From: an uncultured Verrucomicrobiae bacterium
GTDB taxonomy: Bacteria > Verrucomicrobiota > Verrucomicrobiia > Chthoniobacterales > UBA10450
Direction of reading: 5' to 3'
Length of the DNA: 64,000 nt
Assembly (NCBI GenBank): GCA_963726745.1
Contig: CAVSDR010000006.1
Span: forward strand, 320,001 to 384,000
Positions 20,403 through 29,560 of this stretch are shown here, piece after piece. Made by a program: the position numbers and the translations under genes. Below the pieces are notes generated by a model, which was given only the letters and a program-made list of their open reading frames with translations, was not told the DNA's origin and did no database searches. Each line of letters starts with the position of its first letter. Positions within the stretch are counted from its first letter, which is position 1.

Positions 20403-21306
20403 CCAGGAAACTCCGGCGCCGCCGAGCGATCTGCTCGCGGTGGCTTTCCTGCGTTATCTCGAGGTCGAGCGAAACGCTTCGCCCCGCACTCTGCTGGCTT
20501 ACGGCCGCGCGCTCGCGGCTTTCCGCGCGGCACACCCGGAGAAGCGCTGGGAGGACTGCGATGCGGAGGACTTCCGCGATTACCTCTTCGCCGCGATGAA
20601 GCGGAAGCAGGCGCGCTCCTACATTCGCCTGCAGTTTTCCGCGCTCCGCACCTTCTTCCGCTTCCTGGTCGAGCGGAAAGCTTTCACCCGCGACCCGGTG
20701 CGCGAGCTCGAGCTGCCGAAAACGGCGAAGCGTCTGCCGCTGGTGCTCACGCGCGCGCAGATCGACGAATTGCTCTCAGCGCCGCTGCGGGTGCCGAAGG
20801 AGCGGGCGGCGCCCAAGTGGATGCCGCTGCGGGACGCCGCGATCATGGAGATCTTCTACAGCAGCGGCCTGCGCCTGGCGGAACTGGCCTCGCTCAACGT
20901 GGCCGACATCGATCCCTACACCGAATCGGTCCGTGTGCTCGGCAAAGGACGCAAGGAACGCGTCTGCCCAGTGGGCGCGCCGGCGCTGACGGCGGTCTCG
21001 CGCTACCGCGCCGCGGCCAGGGTCGAGAGCGGTCCGCTTTTTCTCGGCAAAACCCGGCAACGACTCGCGCCACGCTCAATCTGGCTCATCCTCAAGCGCT
21101 ACCTGCGTTACACCTCGATTCCGATTTCGCTGAGCCCGCATAAGCTGCGGCATAGCTTCGCCACTCACCTGCTCGATGCCGGGGCCGACCTCCGCAGCGT
21201 GCAGGCCCTGCTCGGTCACGCGAGTCTCTCGACCACGCAAATCTACACGCACGTGACCGTGGAGCGGCTGAAGCGCGCCTACGACAGCGCGCATCCGCGG
21301 GCCTGA
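20386..21306 (+). CDS. xerC: Tyrosine recombinase XerC/XerD family
   Basis: SSGLRLAEL, GKGRKER, HKLRHSFATH, LLGHASLSTTQIY and AHPRA C-terminus. Confidence 0.88.
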   Translation: MSVPNNQETPAPPSDLLAVAFLRYLEVERNASPRTLLAYGRALAAFRAAHPEKRWEDCDAEDFRDYLFAAMKRKQARSYIRLQFSALRTFFRFLVERKAFTRDPVRELELPKTAKRLPLVLTRAQIDELLSAPLRVPKERAAPKWMPLRDAAIMEIFYSSGLRLAELASLNVADIDPYTESVRVLGKGRKERVCPVGAPALTAVSRYRAAARVESGPLFLGKTRQRLAPRSIWLILKRYLRYTSIPISLSPHKLRHSFATHLLDAGADLRSVQALLGHASLSTTQIYTHVTVERLKRAYDSAHPRA

Positions 21307-21487
21307 CCGAAGAGCAGCGGCGGTCTGTGGAACTTACGAGGATCCGCTTCCACGCGCAGGGACGGAACAGCGCAATTAACCGCAAGGGCCATGCTGCTGT
21401 TAGGCATCGTCGCCGGCGGTCTCTTCGCCGCTCGCGCGCGACGCGCAGGTTTTCAGCCGTCCGTCTCTCTAGGCAGCTCCTGAGTTC

Positions 21488-21535
21488 CGACAAAAAGAGC
21501 GCACGCGATTCCGCATGCGCTCTTTGATTTTGTCG
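21488..21535. terminator. Probable bidirectional intrinsic terminator between convergent xerC and clpC
   Basis: AAAGAGCGCA...TGCGCTCTTT stem, with outer CGACAAAA/TTTTGTCG arms giving A- and T-tracts on each side. Confidence 0.65.
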
Positions 21536-21546
21536 AGCAGCCGACG

Positions 21547-24035
21547 CTAACTCGCGCTCGCGGTTTCGCTGCCCTGCGGCTCGGCCACGTTGAAAGTCAG
21601 CTTGCCGTCTCTCGCTTCCGTGTGGACGACGTCGCCGGCTTTTACGTTGCCGCGCAAAAGCTCTTCCGCGAACGGATCCTCGAGATAACGCTCGACCGCG
21701 CGCCGCATCGGCCGTGCGCCGTACTGTGGGTCGTAGCCTTTTTCGATGAGGAATTCCTTGGCCGATTGCGCGAGCTCGATATGCACTTCCTTCGCCTTGA
21801 TTCGGGCCAGGACCTTGGCCACTTCGAGATCGACGATCTGAAGCAGGTCGACCTTGGTCAGCTGATGGAAGACGATGATGTCGTCGAGGCGGTTGATGAA
21901 CTCCGGCTTGAAGGCCTTTGCGTCGCTTCTTCGAGCAGACGGTCGCGCATGGTCTCGAACTCATGTTCGCCCACCGGCTTGGTCGCGCCGAAACCCATCG
22001 TGGTCTGCTTGCGCAGGATCTCTGCGCCCACGTTGGAGGTCATGATAATGATCGTGTTCCGGAAATCGATCTTCCGGCCTAACGAGTCAGTCACCTTCCC
22101 TTCCTCGAGGATTTGCAGGAGCAGATGCATCACATCCGGGTGCGCCTTTTCGATTTCGTCAAACAGCACCACCGAGTAAGGCCGACGCCGCACCGCCTCG
22201 GAAAGCTGGCCGCCTTCCTCATAGCCGACATAGCCCGGAGGCGAGCCGATCAAGCGCGAGGCGGTGAACTTTTCCATGTACTCCGACATGTCGATCTGGA
22301 TGAGCGCATCGCGGTCGCCGAACATGAATTCCGCGAGCGTCTGCGCGAGGAAGGTTTTGCCGACGCCAGTCGGGCCGAGGAAAATGAACGAACCAATCGG
22401 CCGGCGCGGATCTTTCAAATCGGCACGGCTGCGGCGGAGCGCCTTGGAGATCGCCGTGACCGCCTCGTCCTGGCCGATGACCTTGCCTTTCAACTCGGAT
22501 TCCATCGCGAGCAGCTTGGCGGTTTCCTTCTGCTCCATCTTCTGGAGCGGCACGCCCGTCACCTTCGAGATGATGTTCATCATGTCGTCGGCTGTCACCA
22601 GGACTTCCTTCTCTTCGCGCTCTTCGCGCCATTGCGCGAGGATCGCCTCGAGCTTGTCCTTGGTCTGCTTTTCCTTGTCGCGCAGCGAGGCCGCCTTCTC
22701 GAAATCCTGCGCCTTGATCGCGCCTTCTTTCTCGACGCGGATTTCCTCGATCTCTTTTTCGATCTCCTTCACGTCCGGCGGACGCGTCATCGCATTGATC
22801 CGCGCGCGGGCGCCGGCTTCGTCCATCACATCGATCGCCTTGTCCGGCAGGAACCGGCCGGTGATGTAGCGCTCGGAGAGCTTGACGGCTAATTCCAGCG
22901 ACTCGTCGGTTAATTTCGCCTTGTGATGCGCCTCATATTTCGGGCGCAGACCTTTCAAGATCAGGATCGCCTCGTCGACCGTCGGAGCCTCAACCTTCAC
23001 CGTCTGGAAGCGGCGTTCGAGCGCCGCGTCTTTCTCGATGTATTTGCGATACTCGTTCAGCGTCGTCGCGCCGACACACTGCAATTCCCCGCGGCTCAAG
23101 GCCGGCTTGATGATGTTCGACGCATCCATCGCGCCCTCGGCCGAGCCCGCGCCCACGATCGTGTGCAGCTCGTCGATGAAAAGGATGACATTCTTCGAGC
23201 GGCGAATCTCGTCCATCACTGCTTTGATCCGTTCTTCAAACTGACCGCGATATTTCGTTCCCGCGACCATGAGCGCGAGGTCGAGCGTGATCACTTTCTT
23301 GTCGCGCAAAAGCTCCGGCACGTTGCCGCTGGCAATTTCCTGCGCCAGACCTTCCGCGATCGCGGTCTTGCCCACGCCAGCTTCGCCCAGCAACACCGGG
23401 TTGTTCTTCGTCCGGCGGCAAAGCACCTGGATGACGCGCTCGATTTCGTTCACGCGGCCGATCACGGGATCCAGCTCGCCCTTTTTCGCCAGCTCCGTGA
23501 GGTCGCGGCCAAAAGCGCGCAGCGCCGGCGTCTTCACGTCCTTCTTGCCACCGGTCCCCTGTTCCGGTCCACCTTCGCCCTCGGATTCCGGCGGAGTGAA
23601 ATTCGGATCGAGTTCCTTGAGAATTTCGTTGCGGGTGCGCTCGATATCGACCTCGAGACTCTTGAGCACGCGCGCGGCCACGCCTTCGCCTTCACGTAAA
23701 AGACCCAGCAAGATGTGCTCGGTGCCGACGTAGGAATGGTTGAGCGCCTTCGCTTCCTTGCCCGCAAGCGCGAGCACTTTCTTCACGCGCGGCGTGTAGG
23801 GAATGTTCCCGACCATCTTGGTCTCCGGGCCAGAACCCACCTGTTTCTCGACTTCCATGCGCACGGTCTCGAGATCCATGCCCATCTTCTGGAGGACATT
23901 CACGGCCACGCCTTGACCCAACTTGATCAACCCAAGCAGAAGATGCTCGGTGCCGACATAGTTGTGGTTGAAGCGGTCTGCTTCCTTGCGAGCGAGCGCC
24001 AGGACTTGCTGGGCTCGCGGAGTGAAATTGTTCAT
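21547..24035 (-). CDS. clpC: ATP-dependent Clp protease ATPase ClpC; apparent frameshift near 21915
   Basis: Two Clp-N repeats, [11 protein letters not shown] coiled coil, [11 protein letters not shown] loop; C-terminal [13 protein letters not shown] in a second frame. Confidence 0.93.
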
Positions 24036-25154
24036 TAGTTTGGTGACTCGGAAGATGCCCCGTTGCCGGACTCCCGCGCCACTTTACTAATATCAGGCTT
24101 GGGGAAGACCCGCAAACGGTCGCGGATGATTTGCGCGCGCAGTTCGTCGCGCTCCTCGGCGTTTAACTTCTGCTGCGAACTCTTCTGCAGGTGGGCGGGT
24201 TGAGTGTCGATAAAAAGCTCATCAATCGGCAGCCGGCGATCTTCCGGGAAGGCTCCCAAGTCGACGCCGAGCTTGATGATAGACAGCAAGTTGAGCGCCT
24301 CCTTCGAAGTCATCGCATGTGCGAAAGTGAGCACGCCATAAGCGCGCCCGATCTGGTCCCAAAGCGTGTTCGATTTCTTCTGGATGAGCACTTGTCGCGC
24401 GTCGTGCTCCTTCTCGATGATCGTCTCGATCACCTTGCTCAAGCGGCTGATGATTTCGTCTTCCTTCTCGCCGAGCGTCGTCTGGTTCGAGATCTGGAAC
24501 AGGTTGCCCATCGCCTCGGTGCCTTCGCCGTAGAGCCCGCGGACCGCGAGACCGATCTTGTTCACCGCGCCGATGACCTGGTTGATCATGTCGCTCAAGA
24601 CCAGCCCAGGCAGATGCAGCATCGCCGAGGCGCGCATCCCGGTGCCGACGTTCGTCGGGCAGGCGGTCAGGTATCCGAGCTTGGCGTCGTAAGCGAAATC
24701 CAACCGGCCTTCCAAAGTGCTGTCTACTTTGTCGACCAGCTTGAAGGCGTTCTTTAATTGCAGGCCCGAGCGGATCGATTGCATCCGCAGAGTGATCCTC
24801 CTCGTTGATCATGATCGAGAGGGTTTGCTTGCGGTTCATCACCACCGCGCTCCCGACGCTCTTAGCCGCGTGCTCGCGCGAAATCAGATGCCGCTCCACC
24901 AGGACCTGCTTCTCGAGCGCGGAAAGATCCTGCAGGTGCTCGGAGAGCGAGTCCTGCATCTCTGGAAGCGCCTCCACCGAGGGCTTGATCAACTCGAGAA
25001 TCTGCGTGCGCTCCGCTTTCTTCGCCCAACCGGGAAACGGCCGCTGCTTCAGATTACGCGCCAGCCGCACCCGGCTCGAGACCACGATCTGATGGTGCGG
25101 GCCTTCGCCGCGCAGCCACTCCCCGCCGTGCTGCATCACGTTGGTTATTTTCAT
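24035..25154 (-). CDS. mcsB: Protein-arginine kinase McsB; apparent frameshift near 24788
   Basis: [42 protein letters not shown]; lies between mcsA and clpC. Confidence 0.9.
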
Positions 25155-25645
25155 TTCTCGGCCAACTGCGTTTCGAGCTGCTTGATCTGGTCGCGCAAAC
25201 TCGCGGCGGTTTCGTAATTTTCGTCCGCCACCGCCTTCTGCAAATCACTCGTTAGGCTGCGCATCCGGTCGCTTAGCTCGATTTCGCGATGCGCCCGCTG
25301 CGGCAGCTTGCCGACATGCTCGGTGCCCTTGTGCATCGCCTTGAGCAGGCTCCCGAGGCCTTCCGAGAAAGTCCCATAGCAAGCACTGCAGCCCAGCCGC
25401 CCGGTCTTCTTGAAATCCGCCTGCGTATAGCCGCACACCGGGCACTTCTGCGCCGGCGCTCCCTTTTCGATTTCCTCCGCCGCGCCGATGCCGAGCAGCA
25501 GGTCGGCTAGTGCAAAGCCGGTCGGGTCCTGCACGCCCTTTTCCTTCGAGCAGGCATCGCAAAGATTCACCTTCTGCATCTTGCCTTCGACAATCTGCGT
25601 CAGGAAAACCGTGGCATCATTGCATTTGCAAACGTCGCACAACAT
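25151..25645 (-). CDS. mcsA: McsA (CxxC zinc-binding, UVR domain)
   Basis: Four CxxC motifs, GRLGCSACY, ENYETAASLRDQI. Confidence 0.9.
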   Translation of the reverse strand: MLCDVCKCNDATVFLTQIVEGKMQKVNLCDACSKEKGVQDPTGFALADLLLGIGAAEEIEKGAPAQKCPVCGYTQADFKKTGRLGCSACYGTFSEGLGSLLKAMHKGTEHVGKLPQRAHREIELSDRMRSLTSDLQKAVADENYETAASLRDQIKQLETQLAEK

Positions 25646-25733
25646 CGCTGCTAATTAGACCTCAAAGCCGGACAAACATTCAACCCTGACGTTGTTCCTG
25701 CACCCGCGGCGCGCGGCGCCGTTCGCTTCCCAC

Positions 25734-26711
25734 TCAGGAGTCAATCGGGGTGCCGCCCTCGCGCACTAACTCGCGGAAGCGCGCGATGATCCGGCCGGTT
25801 AAGGCCCCGGGCTTGCCATCCCCGATCACGCGGCCGTCCGCCTTGATCACCGGGATCACTTCCGCGGCCGTCCCCGTAAGGAAACACTCGTCGGCAATGA
25901 ATACGTCGTGCCGGGTGATCTCGGTTTCAGTGATCTTCATCCCCAGCTCGTCGGCAATCTCGAAAACCACCGAGCGCGTGATCCCGCGGAGCGCGCCCGC
26001 GGAGATCGGCGGGGTGAAGATTTGCCCCTTCTTGATGATGAAAACATTGTCTGCGGTGCACTCGGCGATGTTGCCCGCTTCGTTCAACATCAGCGCTTCG
26101 TCCGCGCCCGCGAGGTTCGCCTCGATCCGCGCCATCACGTTGTTCAGGTAGTTGAGCGACTTCACCGCCGGGCTGAGCGCGGCCGCACTCACGCGACGGG
26201 TTGCGCAGGTCACGATCGTGAGGCCATTGCGATAAACTTCCTCCGGATAAAGCGCGATCGTCGCGGCGATAATGATCACGCTCGGCTTCTTACAAAGCGC
26301 AGGATTGAGCCCCAGATTGCCGACGCCGCGCGTCACTACCTGCCGGATGTAACCATCGCGCAGCCCGTTTTGCCGGATCGTTTCCAGGAGCGCTTCCGTC
26401 ATCTCCTCGCGGCTCAGCGGAATTTCCAAAAGGATGCTGCGCGCGGAGTCCCACAGCCGGTCGAGATGCTCTTCCAAACGGAAGACGCGCCCATTGTAAA
26501 AGCGGATCCCTTCGAAAATGCCGTCGCCGTAAAGCAGGCCGTGATCGAAGACGGAAATCTTCGCTTCCGCCTCCGGAAGGAACGCTCCATCGAGATAAAT
26601 AATCGACGACTTCTTGGCGGCCGGCGCCCCGGCGCGCGACTCGTTAGCGGGCTTCATGGAAGTCTTGGCCGGTTGCTCCAGCACGGCGGTTTCAGAAGGA
26701 TTCGTAGGCAC
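25734..26711 (-). CDS. ilvE: Branched-chain amino acid aminotransferase
   Basis: FDHGLLYGDGIFEGIR, KSLNYLNN, LRGITR, FLTGTAAEV; start uncertain (26711 or 26657). Confidence 0.92.
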   Translation of the reverse strand: MPTNPSETAVLEQPAKTSMKPANESRAGAPAAKKSSIIYLDGAFLPEAEAKISVFDHGLLYGDGIFEGIRFYNGRVFRLEEHLDRLWDSARSILLEIPLSREEMTEALLETIRQNGLRDGYIRQVVTRGVGNLGLNPALCKKPSVIIIAATIALYPEEVYRNGLTIVTCATRRVSAAALSPAVKSLNYLNNVMARIEANLAGADEALMLNEAGNIAECTADNVFIIKKGQIFTPPISAGALRGITRSVVFEIADELGMKITETEITRHDVFIADECFLTGTAAEVIPVIKADGRVIGDGKPGALTGRIIARFRELVREGGTPIDS

Positions 26712-26754
26712 GCGAAAAGGTTCCGCCCTCCCTCTTCCAATTCAAGCAGCAACT

Positions 26755-27507
26755 TCACGCCGTGGGCGCGGCGATCATCACCCCGACTTGTGCCAGGCAG
26801 GTGCGCAGGCTCCGCGCAAACTCCACTGCCCCGGGCGTGTCGCCATGCAGGCAAATCGTCTCCGCCCGCACCGGCACCTCCGTCCCATCGACTGCGCGCA
26901 CCTTGTCGTCGCGCAGCATCCCGAAGACGCGATCCGCGGCCGCTTCCGGATCGTGCAGGAGCGCATCCGGATGGCTCCGCGGCACGAGCGAGCCATCGGC
27001 CTGGTAATTCCGATCCGCAAAAATCTCGCACACCACCCGCACCTCGTGCGCCTCCGCCGCGCGGGACAGCGCGCTCCCTGAGGGCGCGAAGAGCAGCAGC
27101 GCCGGGTCGACTGCGCGGAGCGCGCGCACGATCGCGTCGGCTATTTCGTCGTCGCGCGCTCCCATATTATAGAGGGCGCCGTGCGGCTTCACGTGTTGCA
27201 CCCGCAAGCCAAAAGCCTGCGCCATGGCCTGGAAAGCGCCCAGTTGCGCCACCACCAGCGCGAAAATCTCGTGGCCGGCCAGCGCCAGCTCGCGGCGGCC
27301 GAAGTTTTCCCGGTCGTCGAATCCCGGATGCGCCCCCACGGCCACGCCGCGCTGCTGCGCCGCGAGCAAGGCATCGCGCATCACCGTCGCGTTCCCCGCG
27401 TGCACCCCGCAGGCGATGTTCGCCGAGCTCACCAAACCCAGCAGCGCCTCGTCCTGGCCGGCGCCTTCGCCGAGGTCGGCGTTGAGATCGACGCTCCAGT
27501 TGCTCAT
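26755..27507 (-). CDS. pxpA: 5-oxoprolinase subunit A (LamB/YcsF)
   Basis: DLNADLGEG, SANIACGVHAG, HVKPHGALYN, ICLHGD. Confidence 0.92.
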   Translation of the reverse strand: MSNWSVDLNADLGEGAGQDEALLGLVSSANIACGVHAGNATVMRDALLAAQQRGVAVGAHPGFDDRENFGRRELALAGHEIFALVVAQLGAFQAMAQAFGLRVQHVKPHGALYNMGARDDEIADAIVRALRAVDPALLLFAPSGSALSRAAEAHEVRVVCEIFADRNYQADGSLVPRSHPDALLHDPEAAADRVFGMLRDDKVRAVDGTEVPVRAETICLHGDTPGAVEFARSLRTCLAQVGVMIAAPTA

Positions 27508-28463
27508 GGTGTGCGCAACGCCAGCCCCGCCCGGAACCAGGCCAGGTCGCGCTCCCGTTCCTGCAAAAGTTTTCGCGCCGCCGCCAGCGGCACTTCCACG
27601 AAACGCACTTCGTCGCCCGCGCGCAATTGCGCCGCCTTCGGGAGATCGACCGTGATCACGTGGCCGATCTTCGGGTAGCCGCCGATCGTTTGGCAATCCC
27701 CGAGCAGGATCACCGGCTGCCCATTAGGCGGCACCTGGATCGTTCCCGGCGCGACTGGCTCGGAAACGAGATCGTCGCGATGCGAGCCGACGATCTTACG
27801 CCCCCGCAAACGCAGGCCCATGCGATCGGAATCAGCGGTCACGGCAAAAGTCTCACGGGTGAAAGCTCCCTGCGCTTCGCCGAAGAATTCGTCCCAGCCA
27901 TTTCCGCGCACGAAATGCAGAATTCCCGGCACGGGCGAAGGGCGCGACCACTCGCGAGGGGCAAAACAGTTTGCTGGCTGTTTTTCGATGATCGCCGCGG
28001 GACCGAGCGGCAGTTCGTCGCCCTCGCGCAAGGCCCGGCCCTGCCAGCCGCCGAAGCCCGCGCGCAGGTCAGTCGCGCGGCTCCCGAGGACCAGCGGCAC
28101 GTCGATTCCGCCGCGAATGGCGAGCCATAGCCGCGCACCTTTCGGCGGCGCCGCCAAGGTCAGCTCCGCGCCCGCGGGCACGGAGATTCGCTGGCCCGGC
28201 GGCAGGCTTTCGTTATCCAAAGTGACGGCAAAATCTCCGCCGCACCAGGCGATCGCGCGCGCCTCCTCGAAGCGCAGGACGACCGTGCCGAGAGCCGCTT
28301 CCAAACCGGCGGCGGTCTCGGGATTACCCACCAGGAGATTCGCCACCCGCAGCGCCACCGGGTCGAGCGCGCCCGCCAGCGGCACCCCGCTCGCGCGATA
28401 TCCCGCCCGCCCCAGATCCTGCACGCTGCAGAGAAAACCGGCGCGCCTAACGAGCAATCGCAT
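27504..28463 (-). CDS. pxpC: 5-oxoprolinase subunit C
   Basis: VQDLGRAG, SDRMGLRL, GTIQVPPNGQP, QTIGGYPKI. Confidence 0.9.
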   Translation of the reverse strand: MRLLVRRAGFLCSVQDLGRAGYRASGVPLAGALDPVALRVANLLVGNPETAAGLEAALGTVVLRFEEARAIAWCGGDFAVTLDNESLPPGQRISVPAGAELTLAAPPKGARLWLAIRGGIDVPLVLGSRATDLRAGFGGWQGRALREGDELPLGPAAIIEKQPANCFAPREWSRPSPVPGILHFVRGNGWDEFFGEAQGAFTRETFAVTADSDRMGLRLRGRKIVGSHRDDLVSEPVAPGTIQVPPNGQPVILLGDCQTIGGYPKIGHVITVDLPKAAQLRAGDEVRFVEVPLAAARKLLQERERDLAWFRAGLALRTP

Positions 28464-29125
28464 CGAACTCCTCCCGCGTGATCGCGCGAAAACGCACCCG
28501 GTCCCCGGCCTGGAGCAGCGCCGGCGGCGTCGCCTCCGGGTCGAACATCCTCTGCGGCGTGCGCCCAATGAGATTCCAGCCGCCGGGCGAACGCAGCGGG
28601 TAGATCCCGGTCTGCCCTCCGCCAATCCCGACCGCGCCGGCCGGCACTTCCTTGCGCGGTTCCGCCCGCCGCGGCGTCGCCAGGCTTTCCGGCAAGCCGG
28701 CCAGATAAGCAAAGCCAGGCAGGAAACCGACGCAGGCGACCGTGTAGTCCGCGCCAGAATGTCGTCGGATAATTTGCTCCGCGGAGAGTCCGGCGTGGCG
28801 CGCGACCTCCTCCAGATCGGGCGCAAACTCCGCGTGATAACAGACAGCAATCTCCACGCGCCGCGGTTTGCTTTCCCGCGCCGCGCGCGGTGCCGGCTGG
28901 GCCAAGCGCCGCGCGCACCTGCGTTTCCCGTTCCTCGAAGCTCGCCCGCGCCGCCGGCGCGAAAAAAACGCCTAACGAATGGTAAGCCGGAAGGCACTCG
29001 ACCAGTCCCGGAAGCGCGGCTGCTTCCACCCGCCGCTGCATTTCCCGAACCGCGCCGAGGGTGCGCGCCGGATCCGCCTCCAGCCGCACGAGCAGTGCGC
29101 AATCTCCCAGCGGCTCAATCGTCAT
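28447..29125 (-). CDS. pxpB: 5-oxoprolinase subunit B; apparent frameshift near 28890
   Basis: PLGDCALLV, PAYHSL, then GFLPGFAYL and IYPLRSPGGWNLIGRT in a second frame; AGGAGG upstream. Confidence 0.88.
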
Positions 29126-29186
29126 CTCGCCTCCTTCCCTAGCAGGTCGCCACCGGAACGGAAGCGCCGAAGAGCGGGCCCGCGCT

Positions 29187-29462
29187 TCAGCGGCGCCCGG
29201 CGTCGCGCGGCTCCTCGGCCTCGACCGCCACCGCCACTTCCTTCACCGAGTGCTCGATCTTTTGCACCGCGGGATGGACCTCGCGCAGGAGTTCGTGCTC
29301 CGCTTCCGAGAGTTCCTCGATGCGCTTGGTCACATCGCGCAACTCACAGAGCATCGCTTCCTGCCGCTGCGAAATGCGGTGCATCCACCAAAAGCAAATG
29401 CCCCAGCAAATCGTGCCGAAGGCTCCCAGCGAAACGCCCACGATCTCGATGGTTTTCGTCAC
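29187..29462 (-). CDS. Small membrane protein with coiled coil
   Basis: TM helix (IVGVSLGAFGTICWGICFWW) followed by a heptad-rich helix; start uncertain. Confidence 0.55.
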   Translation of the reverse strand: MTKTIEIVGVSLGAFGTICWGICFWWMHRISQRQEAMLCELRDVTKRIEELSEAEHELLREVHPAVQKIEHSVKEVAVAVEAEEPRDAGRR

Positions 29463-29560
29463 GCGCGGAGCATGCGCGAGCAACTCCGCCTTGTCCACGC
29501 GAGCGGGAGAATAGATTTACGCGCGGAGGTCGCGCTGGCAGGATGCCGCGGTTTGCCGCC

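Noticed and set aside
20386..21306. Tyrosine recombinase as a phage/island integrase
   Set aside because: Length, motifs and HPRA C-terminus fit housekeeping XerC/D; no tRNA, att repeats or cargo nearby.
28979..29560. N-terminal extension of the 1012-aa ORF (likewise upstream extensions of the trpS, pxpC, nuoEF and nuoJ ORFs)
   Set aside because: These extensions overlap other real genes and are low-complexity; true starts lie downstream.
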